Source: Amphiscolops sp. MND2022 (taxonomy: Eukaryota). From it: DNA of 64,000 nucleotides. The notes under the pieces are model-generated. The model saw only the letters and a list, made by a program, of their open reading frames with translations. It made no database searches and had not been told where the DNA came from. Position 1 is the first letter of the stretch; every line of letters starts with the position of its first letter. Shown in pieces: positions 21,481 to 35,017 of this stretch. The position numbers and the translations under genes were made by a program. Location: the NCBI GenBank assembly GCA_964187785.1, contig OZ076413.1:29264001-29328000 (forward strand), read 5' to 3'.

Positions 21481-22199
21481 CGGGCAAATAAATTGCACAT
21501 AGTAGCTTGAGAGCTTAACAACTCACAACAACTACGAAATCAAAAAACGCAGCATGAATGGCCGCGCAGCACAAAAGCTGGTGATTCATGTACGGAAGTA
21601 AAGTAGTAAAGCTGTTGAATTGCTACAGCATTCGCTACATATAATGGCGTCTTGTTAAAATCTAACAATAAAACAATACACTGCATCAAATGTGAGACTA
21701 GCACCTGCCAATTGAGTCCGCTCTGAATCGTAGAAGTGGAGTTCGCTCTACACGATCTTATATGTCCTCATTTGTCCGTTATGTCTGCTCAGCTTTCTCG
21801 CTTTCAAAATGTCAAAAACATCAAAAATAGCAATCAGTAGTACTCAACTGTTTGTACTGGCTGCTTAGAGTATTTCGAAGACTTACATCAAAAAATCAAC
21901 ATCATGCATGCCTTAGAGGGTTTCGTTTCAAGAGCCAAGAAAGGTTTGTTCAAAGTAAGAAAGGTAAAAACGGAAACAATGATATTATGAGCTGCTGAAG
22001 TCCGACACTGGTTACGTGCAAACCCCAAACCGAGCTGAAGTAACAATTTGGAAACAACTTCAAATAAAAGTGGAAGGCCAAAAAAAATCAACTTGAATTT
22101 CACCCTTCCGAGCTGAAAAAAGAAAATTCACCCTTCCGAGCTGAAAATGGTTTTTCCTTTACTTGGAACATGGGACCCCCATTTATCCACAAAAATTTT

Positions 22200-25100
22200 T
22201 CTCAAGTGTCATAAGGGGGAAATGTGTTCCATGGAAAGTTATTAAGTTTCAAACAACGTTTGTTGAATGATAGAGGTCATAAGGTTATCGTACAAGAAAA
22301 AAGGGGCTAGATAATCTTACCCTATTTAAGGAACCTTCTATACAAGTCTTTTTCTGGGACTTGTTGTTGAACAAGAAAAAGTAGAGGTGGATCTTAGAAA
22401 ACATTTGATATCTCATGTAGGTTCCATTATGGAGTCGTGGAGTTGTTACGATTAGAGATTCAACATCAGTCGTAATTATGGGAAGTGGAAAAATTTAACC
22501 AAAAGATATTACTAATATCTTTTGGATGAAACTTTCCACTTCCCATAAATACGACTGATGTTTAATCTCTAATCGTAACAACTCCACGACTCCATAATGG
22601 AGTAAACATGGCATCATTGAATTGATTTTAGAGGGACAATGAGTCAGCTTTTGATCACTCATCATTGTGAAACAATTTCATTTGGGGTTCACGACATTTT
22701 CCCCACGGGCGGAGTCTTTTCTTCGTTGAGATATTCAAGTTCGTCCAAACTATATTTGAGCCATTTTAAAGCATCAGTAGAAGCTTTGCGCCGCGGTCTG
22801 CGACCACTGCCGAGACTTGGATTATTGTTGTTTTCTGAAAAATCTTCTACGAAGGCATCATCATTTTGAAGCTCTTCTGCAGTTTCATGAGGCTTCAATT
22901 CTCCTTTTGTTGTCAGTTCGAGAGGGTACAAATTATAAGGTGCTCGGGTAATGTCACAACCTTGGGTTTTCACTCGAGGCGATTTTTATTGTCCGTCAAC
23001 TCTTTTGTACAGTTCTTCAATTGTTCCCAATTTCCATTTTGAGCGGGGTGTGTCATCGTAGACTAGTACTATATTTTTTTCCGCGGCTGTTGTTTATGAC
23101 GTCTTCCGTTTATCGGCTTCGCGGCGTTTTCTCAGAAAACTCAAATTTTCTGTCATCCATCTCTTCAAAGACTTTGCTGTAGTTGTGTCAAATAAAACAG
23201 ACTTCGATTGGCCTGAGTGCGTTCGAGGTCTTTTTCGATGAAGTCGTCAGTTTATTCAAGCGTGTGTAAAGTTGATAAAAGTCCTCCGTTAACGATATGT
23301 GACGGTGTCATTGCGGTTGGTGATCTAGGCGTTGTGTCGCCTTCTACATAATGTAAGGGTCTGCGGTTAACTGTATCTTCGTTTTCCTCCAGAATCGTTG
23401 GGAGTTCGGTTTGTGAGTCTTTCGTACATTCCTTTTCACGCTGATGACTTTCCAGGAATGTGTATCAATTAAATTTGGTGCTGCTGCAGTGCTTGCTGTT
23501 GAAGGACTTCATCTTCCAAAACTGACTTGGTTGCTGATTCTCCTGCATTGAAAACATTGCTTTATCCGATGCAACTGTTATTGGAGCGGTTTCCCCGCCC
23601 AAAAACAGCGGAACGCTAGTAAAAATTGTTTATCTGTTAGCCCTGTCACAAGTTTCAGGTATGCTGCAAGCGTGAGGCAGAAGGCGAAAACTGCCATGTA
23701 GACTTTCGATTGGTCTGCGCCGTTGGATTTGACGAAGAAGTGACCTGTATAGTCAATTCTGACAACATTGAGAAGTGGTGCGGAGTTGATTGGATTACTT
23801 GGTAGCGCTGATTTGTTTTCACTGTGTTGCAATTCCACGGGTGTTGCAGGTGTTCCATCAAATTTCTCGAATAATAGCGTGTCATGTCGTTTACTGTCAC
23901 AGGTGTCTCGCCTGACGATGCGGATTTGTATGTTGTGAAGTTGCAGAAAATTGCAGATGGGGCTTGCTATCGCAGAGGGCCGAAAAGTGTCGCGAACTAT
24001 CTGTAATATGTCTTTTTTGACCAAACTAATTGCTTGTGCTGCTTGATTGGTTCCAGTGACAACTGATCTTCTTAGGAGGTCCACCGTAGTCCAAGGATGT
24101 GGGTATCTCGTTTTGCGGGCAATTCCTTGCTGTTCCACGCGATTCGTTATGTTTGGGTGGTTTTTGAAGTCCAATCGCGAATGTTCATCGATGCTTTTCA
24201 AAAATCTTCCTTATCCTCTCGAAATAAACTATCGGTTTTCCTTCTGTGTCGGTTCCAATGACAGGATTGTCCACAAGTATGTTCTTTCCATTGTTCAGTG
24301 CTGCGTGCTCCAGGTTGTATTTCTGTAGGTTGGTTCACTGCTCTGGTTCTGTGATGTGTTCTCTGTCTGTAACAAAAGAGCTGTTTGTGTTCTCGGATGA
24401 TTACTTATTTTACCACTGAGTAATAAAAGTCTGATGCGATGAGGCGGTCGATTTCTCTTCCATCGTTGACTGGTTACAGAAACAGCTAATCGTTCAGCTG
24501 TTCTTCTCTTCTGTTTCGGTAGGGCTGCCAAAAGTTTGGTAAAAATCTTGGGCACAACAATTACTTCAAGGTGAACATGTGTTTAATTGTGTTTAAGGTG
24601 ATGGGGCAAATGTGGTAACATTTTTTTCTTCCGATCCAAAGTGTGAAATACTAGGTCGTTGATGTCATGTTGTATGTTGCTGAAGTCTCGGTGCTAAGTG
24701 GAATGTGCAAAAAATGTCGGACTTCAGTCGTCCACTAGAACTGTTGCTTTCGCTGTTCTGTTTCCATTTGCTACCGTTGCCAAAAATGTCTTCAGGATCA
24801 TGCTCTGATTGGCGAAGGTGACGTTTGATTGTACTTCTGTGGTTATTGCTGTGTCTGGTTCCCGCCACACTTCCGCCACGTTCTGCAAAAAACTTTCCAT
24901 CTTGGGGTTTTTTCTGACAATTGAAACAAAGTCCTTTACGTTCGACAACTTCGAGGCGGTCTTTTCTGTTGACTTATTTTAGGCAGTTGCTGGGGCGTTG
25001 TGATGACTGACAGAAAAAACACGCCGCTGCTGTTTTTTGTCTTGTGTGGTCTTCCGTTCCGTATCCAGTTCTGTGTTGTTTTTTTCTGAAATTCGTGTTT

Positions 25101-26371
25101 GTTTGTTGAAAAAGGCTGCTATTGAATGGGATTGCAATTTTTCTTTTGAGCTTATTTCTTGGGTTTTGTCTTGTTTCATAATTGTAATTGTCTTTTGAAA
25201 TTTTTAAGAGATCGAATGATAATGCTGTCTTTCTGTGATCTATGGCTAAACATCTTTTAAGATCTCCGGAATCCTTATTCAACAAAAGTAGAGCTAGGAG
25301 AACCCCAAATTTCTCTTTCTTCTTGTTCTGGGCTTCGAGTCCACATATGTGTAGATCCAAGTTGTCGGAAAACTGCTTCAAGTGAATGTACCATTCTGAC
25401 TTTGGGTCCAAGTTGAGTAGTTGTCTGTAGTGTGCTTCGATGAGCCGATGTTTGTAACCAAATCTGTCCTAACAGATCTCCAATGCTGAGTTGTACTTCG
25501 CAGCTGTCATTTGCAAGTTGGGGATGGATTAGTGTTGATGATTTGTCTTCCATAGTTATCTATAGGTTACTGAATTTCTGAACTGACGTGAGCGTGGCGA
25601 GTGGATCAATATTGGGGTCGAAGAATTCTCAATAAGATGGAAAGCTCAAAACATTCCCTTTAAAGATGACATCTCTAGCTTCGGGAAACTTGTATTTGTC
25701 TGTTGGAGGGTGCTGTTTCCGTAGATGTTTCTCCTTCGCTGTGATGATTCATCTTTGGTTGTTGAGTTTTTTAAACTGTCTTTTCTAGCTGAAAAAGCCT
25801 TTTGTGAATTTTGTCTGTGAAGGAAACTGTTTTTTGGATTTCTTCTTCCAAATGTTCCAGTATTTGAGGTCTTCAGTTTTATGGTTTTTCTTCAACAGAT
25901 TTTCTTTTTTCGATTTAATTTGTTGTTTAAGTTTTGCCAGGGCTTCCAGTGTGGTAGCGTTTCACGTCTGGACACCATTTTACAATCTTACTTGTCGAGA
26001 AAATAAGTATTATAAATGAAAGATTGCGTTGTGTTGGGTGTTGATTGAAACAAGGGAAATGTGTTCGATGGAAAATCATCAGGTTTTGAATAAGTATATT
26101 CAAAGTATAAAGATGATAAAGTTATCGTTGAAGAAAAATGGGCTGGGTAATCTTATCTTACTCTGTTTTTTGGGAAACCTTCTGTCCAATTCCTCCTCTG
26201 GTATTTGTTGCCGAAGAAGAAAATTTATGTTGCCCTTACTTTGGGAAACAGTTGAAATTTCTTGTAGGTTTTCTTCTAGAGTCGTGTAGTTGGTGAAGAT
26301 TAGATAGTTTCATTCAATTTGGTTTTTCCTCACGCATAATTAGGAGTCAGTTTCACTTGAACTTCACGGCA
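22200..26371 (-). mobile_element. BEL/Pao LTR retrotransposon copy A (gag-protease-partial RT-integrase; decayed)
   Basis: 5' LTR 25978-26371 is followed by PBS TGGTGTCCAGAC. The 3' LTR (~22200-22696) starts TGTCGTGAAC after a PPT and its far end is truncated. Gag LEAQNKKKE, integrase IDYTGHF and the BEL-type C-terminal RAPYNLYPLE motif are present. Confidence 0.88.
22423..22601. repeat. 179-bp palindrome inside the 3' LTR of BEL copy A
   Basis: 89-bp arms, 1-nt loop at 22512, 6 mismatches by eye, no indels. Confidence 0.93.
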
Positions 26372-29289
26372 GTCCGACTGCTCATCCACTTTGGGTCTTG
26401 TTGTTGTAGAAAAATTCAAAGGGAACAAGAACTACATCTTCATGTCAGAGCATGGGAAGCGGTGATGATCAAAAAAGGGAGACTAACGTAATAGCGGTTG
26501 AACGTAAACCTTCAAGGAGCAAGGTTTGAGCTGGGCGAATGTTTAAGATTCCTAGGCAGGGGAGTCTTTGAAACCTCAATCAATCAAAACAATATAGTCA
26601 CAGAAAACTATCTATCAAAATGTTCCTCCAGATTTGATTATTAGGTCTTGAAAATAAAGTTCGAAATTTCCATTCCAAAAATTGCGTGTTCGGACTGCCC
26701 CGAACTTGTCGAAAATAATTAGAGAAGGCTTTATGAAGTAGAACGCAACTATTATAGTGGCCTTTCGTCCTGTTCTTCCTTCGATCCGGTCGAAGCGATC
26801 GTTCTACAAATTTGACAATTTGGTCGAAAAGGTCCTCCCTTTCAAATTTTGACAAATTTATTTGAATAAAAACTCATTTGATGCTTATTTTGATTACAGG
26901 ATGACTTTTTTCATGATTTTGTCAAAAACGCTGACCCTTGTGATTGTTTTTTTTGTTGATGTTTTTGGAAAATGTTACTGCACAAAAGGGTTTTCATTGT
27001 GGTGTTTGATGTTTCTCGTGGGAAAAGAAGCCTGAATGTTTTGGTTTTTTGACTTTTCTACTGAAAATGAAAGCAAAAAAGCAATGTAACGGAAAGCGCT
27101 AAACGTTTTGAACGAGACAATGGATTGGAGTCCTCCTAAGGATAGCCGGTCCCGAGGAGGAGAACTGTCTTCTAGGGATACTGTCTGACCTGATTCCAGT
27201 CTGTAATTGCTAAGACTCACAGGAATTACGCTTTTCCCTTCGTAACCGCTGCGTAAATAGCCTATAAAAAAGGACAAGGTTGCACAGAACTGAATTTCTC
27301 CAGATGGGAATCTGATGTAAATAGCATCTACATGGGTAGCCCTCGAGCTATTAATTCATCAAACAAATATGGTAAACACTGCAATAAGGTACTGAAGTCC
27401 AGTTTGGCGAGTTGGTTGGGTCTCTGGATGGCATGGCACCAGCGCTCGAGCTGGGCACAACCCCGGGTATGGATATTGCAATCACACCGTCATGCTGCTC
27501 TTTGGATAAACTCTGGCTGACATCGAGAATTTCAGCGCATGGGCTGTCAAATTTCACCAATTCGTGACACCACACGAGTTCTTGTACGTTTTTTGCTCTC
27601 TTCCGCCTCGCTGGGCCCTGCTTTTACCGTTCCTCTATGCTTTTTGCGGGCAGGTACTTCGTAAAGCCATGTTCAAGTGCCAAAAATTTCGTTGATCACA
27701 GGGTGACGTTACATCCACTCCCCGGGCTTCTGTCTTGTCGTCCCCGGCAAGCATGCCAGGCCCTCGTCCAGGAACAGGATACCGCCCATGCTGTGGATAC
27801 GTCTTGGAACCAGAATGCAATCTCGTAGAACAGCTGTTATGGAAACGTCGCCGTCTGGGATCCTGAGTAATTTTACTACAAAAGCTAGTAGTTTTACAAA
27901 AAAACTGAGACGTTTTTAGAACCAGCTCGAGAACTACAAATTCAAACAGAGTCTCTGAAGCTTTGAAGTATTTTTCTCTTTTGAGTCTTAGAGGGTGGCC
28001 GACTTATGCTGTTCCCGAGTTCTTAGTAGCATATACGTTATACAAGAAAACTTACACCAGTAAAATAACCAACGTTTTTTTGTCACTTTGGTAAGGCACA
28101 GAAGTTTGAACTCACCCCCGTCGTGTTGATAGCAACACCTAGTTTAAAAGAAAAACTCCTTCAAACCTTCATATTACTGGACTTTTCATTTTTACGGTTA
28201 TACCAGGAAAGTTCGATAATGACGTAATCAATTTAAACAAAGAGCTTTTTCATCGATATTGACGTTTTAATCCAAAATAGTACTTGAAACGTTCAATTTG
28301 ATAAAATAGAGAAGTTCGAAACTGAATAATAATTTTCAAGATAGTTTGCTTTAAAAAAGTGATTACGTGGATGCGCTTTGTTTTAGGCTAACTCATACAA
28401 AAAACCGATTATCAAGAAAACTTCACAAGAAAGCAACGGGGACTATCAGTCTCAGTTTCTTGTTCCGTTGCGGTTTTTATGCAACATAAAAATTTTTCAA
28501 TGAAACTACAGCATGAGCAATAGAAGTTTAAACCAATTTAACAAAAAGTTGGTATAGTGGAGGTTTCCAATTGATCTAACTACTCCATTTGCTGAACTAC
28601 GGTTGCAGAACGTCTTTGATTATGAAACACTTAATCTTTCTTTCTTCCCAGAGTGGCCCTTACATTTCGTTGAGAGTGTTTTCTGGAGCCGTCTGATTTT
28701 ATCTGTCTGCTAGATTTCAATTAAAATCCGCTTCATGTTTTATCGCTTAGTAGTTCAGAATTGACAAGATCAAATCAACCAGCGGAGAAATTTCCACTCG
28801 CTTAAGATTTGATTGCAGTTTCTGGTTCGAAAAAAGCGAAAAATTTATTTGTGTTTCAACTCTTAATCACAGTCATCGGCTGTTTCGTTTCATTGCTCAG
28901 AGTTTAAAAAATTAATAGAAGGTAAGAATTTCAACTATTGCTTGTTTGGAACATTACTATTAGTATAGAAAAAGTTCAAGCATTTAAAAATTATGCTGTT
29001 CTTTTTGAGTTTCGATCAAATCTAATCTCCCGTCTATAATTCTGAAATCGATCAGCTCGAACTAAACTTTTACGACCTGCGTGAAAAACCTAACATTTCA
29101 TTGAATTAAATTGAAACTCTTTGTTGCAGCAGTTTTCTTTTATCTTGATATTTTCATACACTTCGAAACGAGTTGTATTTCATCTACAGGTTGAATTTCA
29201 AAGATGGGAAGCGGGAAAATGAAAAAGTTCTAGCGAAGGCAATTTTCTGTCAGCAAACATCTACAAGAGGCGCAGTGACCTTGTGATAT

Positions 29290-32200
29290 TTTATTTTCCG
29301 TCCATATTTCATATGGAAAAGGAAAATATTTAAATCAAACGGTTTTTTTTAACAAAATTTGCCAAGAATTTATTTATATCAAAGCTAAAGGGTTTCACCC
29401 AAATAATTCAGCTGATGTATAATTAGCATCATGCGGTATGTATTTGTGGAGACTTTTGGACTTTTTTGGTTGACCCCGAAGACCCCAGAATGACCCAAAA
29501 ATGACCCGAAAATAGTAAAAACTGCAAAATTGTCCAACTTTTACCGTTTTTATGCAATTTTTGTCAAATTTTCGATAGATTTCGTGGCTTTGAATGTTGA
29601 AAGAGAAAAATGTCGTATTCCAAGAGGCTTTTTCAAATATATAAATGCAACTTTAGAAAGAAAAAATGCCTCAAATTGCGATTGAAATTGAAAAAACTTC
29701 CAAAAAGTTCGGATTATTAGAGTTTTATGCAATTTTTGTCAAATTTTTGATACACTTGCTAGCTTAGACAGTTAAAAACATTCAACAAGGAAAGATTTTG
29801 TTGTCCAAGAGGCGTCGTCGAAGGTATAAATGCAATTTGATTTGTAAAAATGCATCAAATTCAGACCGAAAATGACAAAAATCCAAGAAACTTCAGATTT
29901 TTGAAAAATTCTTGCAATTTTTGTTCATTTTTCATATGATTTGGTGGCTTAGAATGTCAAAGACGTTCAAAAGAGAAAAAAATTCGTTGCCCGAGAGGCT
30001 TCTTTGAAGATATAAAAGTAATTTCTGCAAGAAAAAATGCATCAAAATCAGACCGAAATTGGCAAAAATACTTGAAAATTCAGCTTTTTGAAAATTTTTC
30101 GCAGTTTTTATCTATTTTTTCGAAAGACTTGGTGGTTTAGAATGTCAAAGACGTTCAACAAGGAAGCAATTCGTTGTCCGGGGGTTTTTTGAAGAGGTAA
30201 AAGCAATTTGTGCTGGAAAATGCATCAAATTCACACCAAAATTGGCAAAAAAAACTAAAAAATTCAGGTTTTTGAAAATTTTATTCAAGTTTTGTGTATT
30301 TTTCTAAAATCTTGGTGGCTTAGAAAATTAAAGACGTTCAACAAGGAACAAATTCGTTGTCAGAGAGGCATTTGTTAAAAAGTAGACAATGTTTTCTACT
30401 GAAAAAAACGCACAATTTGCGACCAAAAATAACGAAAACTTCGAAATGTACCATTCTTTCACCATTTTATGCAACTTTTGTCAAATTTCAAGACATTTCG
30501 TGGATCGAAACGTTGAATACGATAAACAGCGAATGATTTTGTTTTCCAATAGGGTTGTTTGCGTGGATAAATGCAGTTTTGTAAAAAAAAAAGCAACAAG
30601 GACCACGAAATAGTCAACAGATTTTACTTTTTTTACATTTTTGTATTTTCCAACGCAACTTTTGTGAAAACTTCAACCTTTTCATGGATCAAAACACTGA
30701 AACGGTTCAACAACAATTGAAGGCGTTCTCGTGTAGGCTTTTTGATGGGATATGTGCCAGTTTCTGATTTAAAAAATTAGGCATTAAGTTGCCACAAAAT
30801 TTGTCGAAAAGTCCGAAAAATTCCAGTTTATGTAGGTTCTCCATGTTATTTGAGTATTAAATCAAATTTGGAAAGATTTCGTTGTCCAAGAGGCGTTGTA
30901 GAAGTTATAAATGCAATTTGATTTGTAAAAAGGCCTCAAATTTGGACAGAAAATGACAAAAATCCCAGAAACTTCAGATTTTTGAAAAATTCATGCAATT
31001 TTTGTCTATTTTTCAAATGATTTGGTGGCTTTGAATGTCAAAGACGTTCAAAAAGGAAAAATACATTGCCCGAGAGGTTTCTTTGGTGATATAAAAGTAA
31101 CTTCTGCTAGAAAAAATGCATCAAAATCAGACCGAAATTGACAAAAAATACTTGAAAATTCAGCTTCTTGAAAATTTTATGCAATTCTTGTCTATTTTTC
31201 GAAAAACTTGGTGGCTTAGAATGTCAAAGACGTTCAACAAGGAAACAATTTGTTGTCCGGGGGGCTTTTTGGAAAGGTAAAAGCAACTTGTGCTGGAAAA
31301 ATGCATCAAATTCACACCAAAATTGACAAAAAAAAACTTTGAAAAATTCAAATTTTTGAAAATTTTATTCAAGTTCTGTGTATTTTTCTAAAAACTTGGT
31401 GGCTTAGAAAATTAAAGACGTTCAACAAGGAACAAATTCGTTGTCAGAGAGGCATTTGTTAAGAAGTAGACAATGTTTTCTACTGAAAAAAACGCTCAAT
31501 TTGCGACCAAAAATAACGAAAACTTCGAAATGTACCATTCTTTCACCATTTATGCAACTTTTGTCAAATTTCAAGACATTTCGTGGATCGAAACGTTGAA
31601 TACGATTAACAGCGAACGATTTTGTTTTCCAATAGGGTTGTTTGCGTGGATAAAAGCAGTTTTGTAAAAAAAAGCAACAAGGACCACGAAATAGTCAACA
31701 AATTTTACTTTTTTTACATTTTTGTATTTTCCAACGCAACATTTGTGAAAACTTCAACCTTTTCATAGATCAAAACACTGAAAAGGTTCAACAACAACTG
31801 AAGGCGTTCTCGTGTAGGGTTTTTGATGGGATATGTGCCAGTTTCTGATAAAAAAAACTAGGCTTTAATTCGACACAAAAATTGTCGAAAAGTCCTAAAA
31901 AATCCAGTATATGTAGGTTCTTCATGTTATTTGAGTATCATTTTTGAGAATATTGGTAAGTTATATGGTTCAAAAGATTCCGAGGTGATAGAGTCAGGTA
32001 TGTAGTTTCCTTTCCGAGGAGAAAATTACAGTGTTTTACATCAAAATTTTCAAATTTGTCGTTTTTCCTGAAGTTTGTGTTCAATTTTCGAAAATTTCTT
32101 TGACCAAAAAAGTTCAAAACACTCAAAAACGATGAACCTAGCTATGCAGCATGCTATTTTGAAGAGAGTTGCAGTACTTAGTTTCAAAAAAAACTTCAGA

Positions 32201-34740
32201 AAAGGCCCTGATTAGTCCGATATAAAAAGTCTAAATTCAACGTTTCTTATGCAAAGTTCGAAATTTTTTGAGAAGTTTCCATCGTTGAAAGAAGAAGAAA
32301 AACCCTCAAAAGCGAACGAATGTGTTGTTCAATAGGTTTTTTGCTGGTGAATTGCAGTTTCACGTTAGAAAAAATCCTCAAAATCACCCCAAAAAAGTCG
32401 AAAAAAAGTTTGGAAGTTGTTTGACAAATTAGTGAATTTCTATTGAAAATTACCAAAATTTCGTAATATTCTAAAAGTCTAAATTTTTGAGTAGGCATGC
32501 AGAATTTTCAAAAAAAAATCTACAATTGTGTATGCAAAAAGTTCGTCAAAATTATTTGAACTTTAGGGAAAATCCGTTTTTTTGTTTTTGAAATGTTGAT
32601 ATACTTTTATGTAAACGTTTCGAGGAGCAATTTTCTAATTAAAGAGTGAGTGGACCCGTTATCCAAAAAGAGTTTTTGAAAAGACATTTACAGTTTCTTA
32701 TAAAAGTTCCTCAAATGACTGCAAAGTTGTCGAAAAGCAAAAATCTACAATTTTTGACATTTTTGGCAACTTCACGCAAATTTAAAGAAAATTTGATTGG
32801 TTAGGTTACACACAATCTGACGAAAAAACAAATGAGTGTTTGGTGTCTTCTTAAAGTCTTTCCTTCTGAAATGGCATAACATTATTCAAAAAGTGTCAAA
32901 CCTTTTTCATCAAACCTCTAAGCGTTTTCATAGTGTAATGGCTACTCTTGCGTCTCAAAAAAATATCATTGCTTGAACAGTTTGGACGGAAAATATCCTG
33001 CTGGTCAGCGGGTGTCTTGTTTGCATACTGTTGCAACTGAAAATTTCCAAAGGGGACTCTGCAGGACAAAGACTTTTTCCTACCTGACAATATCACAAAA
33101 ACACAAATTTGTGATTTTTCCGACAAAAGTTTTATTGGAAAAACGTTGCACAGTTCCTAAATACCCACAGGTGTGTATTCTGAAGGTAAAATTACGGGGG
33201 AAAACGAGACAGTGAACCTCTTGTGAAAATAAAAATTTTCAGATTTTCAAAAAAACGCAGAGCGTCGGAAAATGTCTTTTTTGTTCTGAAAACTCAATTC
33301 TCACATCTGACCAAAAACAATAACCATGGAGGTCAACACCAGGACTCGGAAAACAATTTTCTTCAACGGCAAACCTCCAGGACTCAAAAATCGCGTGAGT
33401 TTTTTCGTTTAAAAAGTTTTGACCAAGAAAGTTGAAAACACTCAAAAACGATGAACCTAGCTATGCAGCATGCTATTTTGAAGAGAGTTGCAGTACTTAG
33501 CTTCAAAAAAAACTTCAGAAAAGGCCCTGATTAGTCCGATATAAAAAGTCTAAATTCAACGTTTCTTATGCAAAGTTCGAAATTTTTTGTGAAGTTTCCA
33601 TCGTTGGAAGAAGAAAAACCCTCAAAAGCGAACGAATGCGTTGTTCAGTAGGTTTTTTGCAGGTGAATTGCAGTTTCACGTTAGAACAAATCCTCAAAAT
33701 CACCCCAAAATAGTCGAAAAAAAGTTTGGAAGTTGTTTGACAAATTAGTGAATTTCTATTGAAAGTTACCAAAATTTCGTAATGTTCTAAAAGTCTAAAT
33801 TTTTGAGTAGGCATGCAGAATTTTCAAAAAAAAAATCTACAATTGTGTATGCAAAAAGTTCGTCAGAATTATTTGAATTTTAGGGAAAATCCGTTTTTTT
33901 GTTTTTGAAATGTTGATATACTTTTATGTAAACGTTTCGAGGAGCAATTTTGTAATTAAAGAGTGAGTGGACCCGTTATCCAAAAAGCGTTTTTGAAAAG
34001 ACATTTACAGTTTCTTATAAAAGTTCCTAAAATGACCGCAAAGTTGTCGAAAAGCAAAAATCTACAATTTTGGACATTTTTGGCAACTTCACGCAAATTT
34101 AAAGAAAATTTGATTGGTTAGGTTACACACAATCTGACGAAAAAACAAATGAGTGTTTGGTGTCTTCTTAAAGTCTTTCCTTCTGAAATGGCATAACATT
34201 ATTCAAAAAGTGTCAAACCTTTTCCATCAAACCTCTAAGCGTTTTCATAGTGTAATGGCTACTCTTGAGTCTCAAAAAAATATCATTGCTTGAACAGTTT
34301 GGACGGAAAATATCCTGCTGGTCAGCGGGCGTCTTGTTTGTATACTGTTGCAACTGAAAATTTACAAAGGGGACTTTGCAGGACAAAGACTTTTTTCTAC
34401 CTGACAATATCACAAAAACCCAAATTTGTGATTTTTTCCGACAAAAGTTCTATTGGAAAAACGTTGCACAGTTCCTAAATACCCAGAAGTGTGTATTCTG
34501 AAGGTAAAATTACGGGGGAAAACGAGACAACGAACTTTTTGTGAAAATAGAAATTTTCAGATTTTCAGAAAAAACGCAGAGCATCGAAAAATCTCTTTTT
34601 TATTCTGAAAACTCAATTCTCACATCTGACCAAAAACAATAACCAAAAAGGTCAACCCCAGGACTCGGAAAACAATTTTCCTCAACGGCAAACCTCCAAG
34701 ACTCAAAAATCGCGTGAATTTTTTTCGTTTAAAAAATTTC
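29290..34740 (+). repeat. Family M copy expanded by tandem duplications (~1084-bp and ~1319-bp periods)
   Basis: Duplicated spurious ORFs at 30389/31473 (offset 1084) and 32247/33566 (offset 1319); recurrent GACGTTCAACAAGG subunits. Confidence 0.85.
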
Positions 34741-35017
34741 TTCAGCAATTTCCACTAGGTCGCACGGTACCGAGAACCCCATGAGGCAGGCGTCTATGCT
34801 CGCTAAACGCTTTCTTCCTGCTAAAAATCAAAGGAGGCGCCTTCAGTTTGGAAAAACTCAGAAAAAAGTCGCATAGTGCCAAAAAACCAATGGAGGGGAC
34901 CCTTTGGACTCTCCTTCCCCTTGGCAAGAATAAACTTTTCGTCAAGTGCTGGATTTGAACCCACATACACGCAGAGGAACTCACTCACCACGGGAAACTT
35001 ATGTTCATCTCCAGGCC

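Noticed and set aside
22096-22146. Short tandem duplication of TTCACCCTTCCGAGCTGAAAA
   Set aside because: Ordinary slippage duplication with no further structure.
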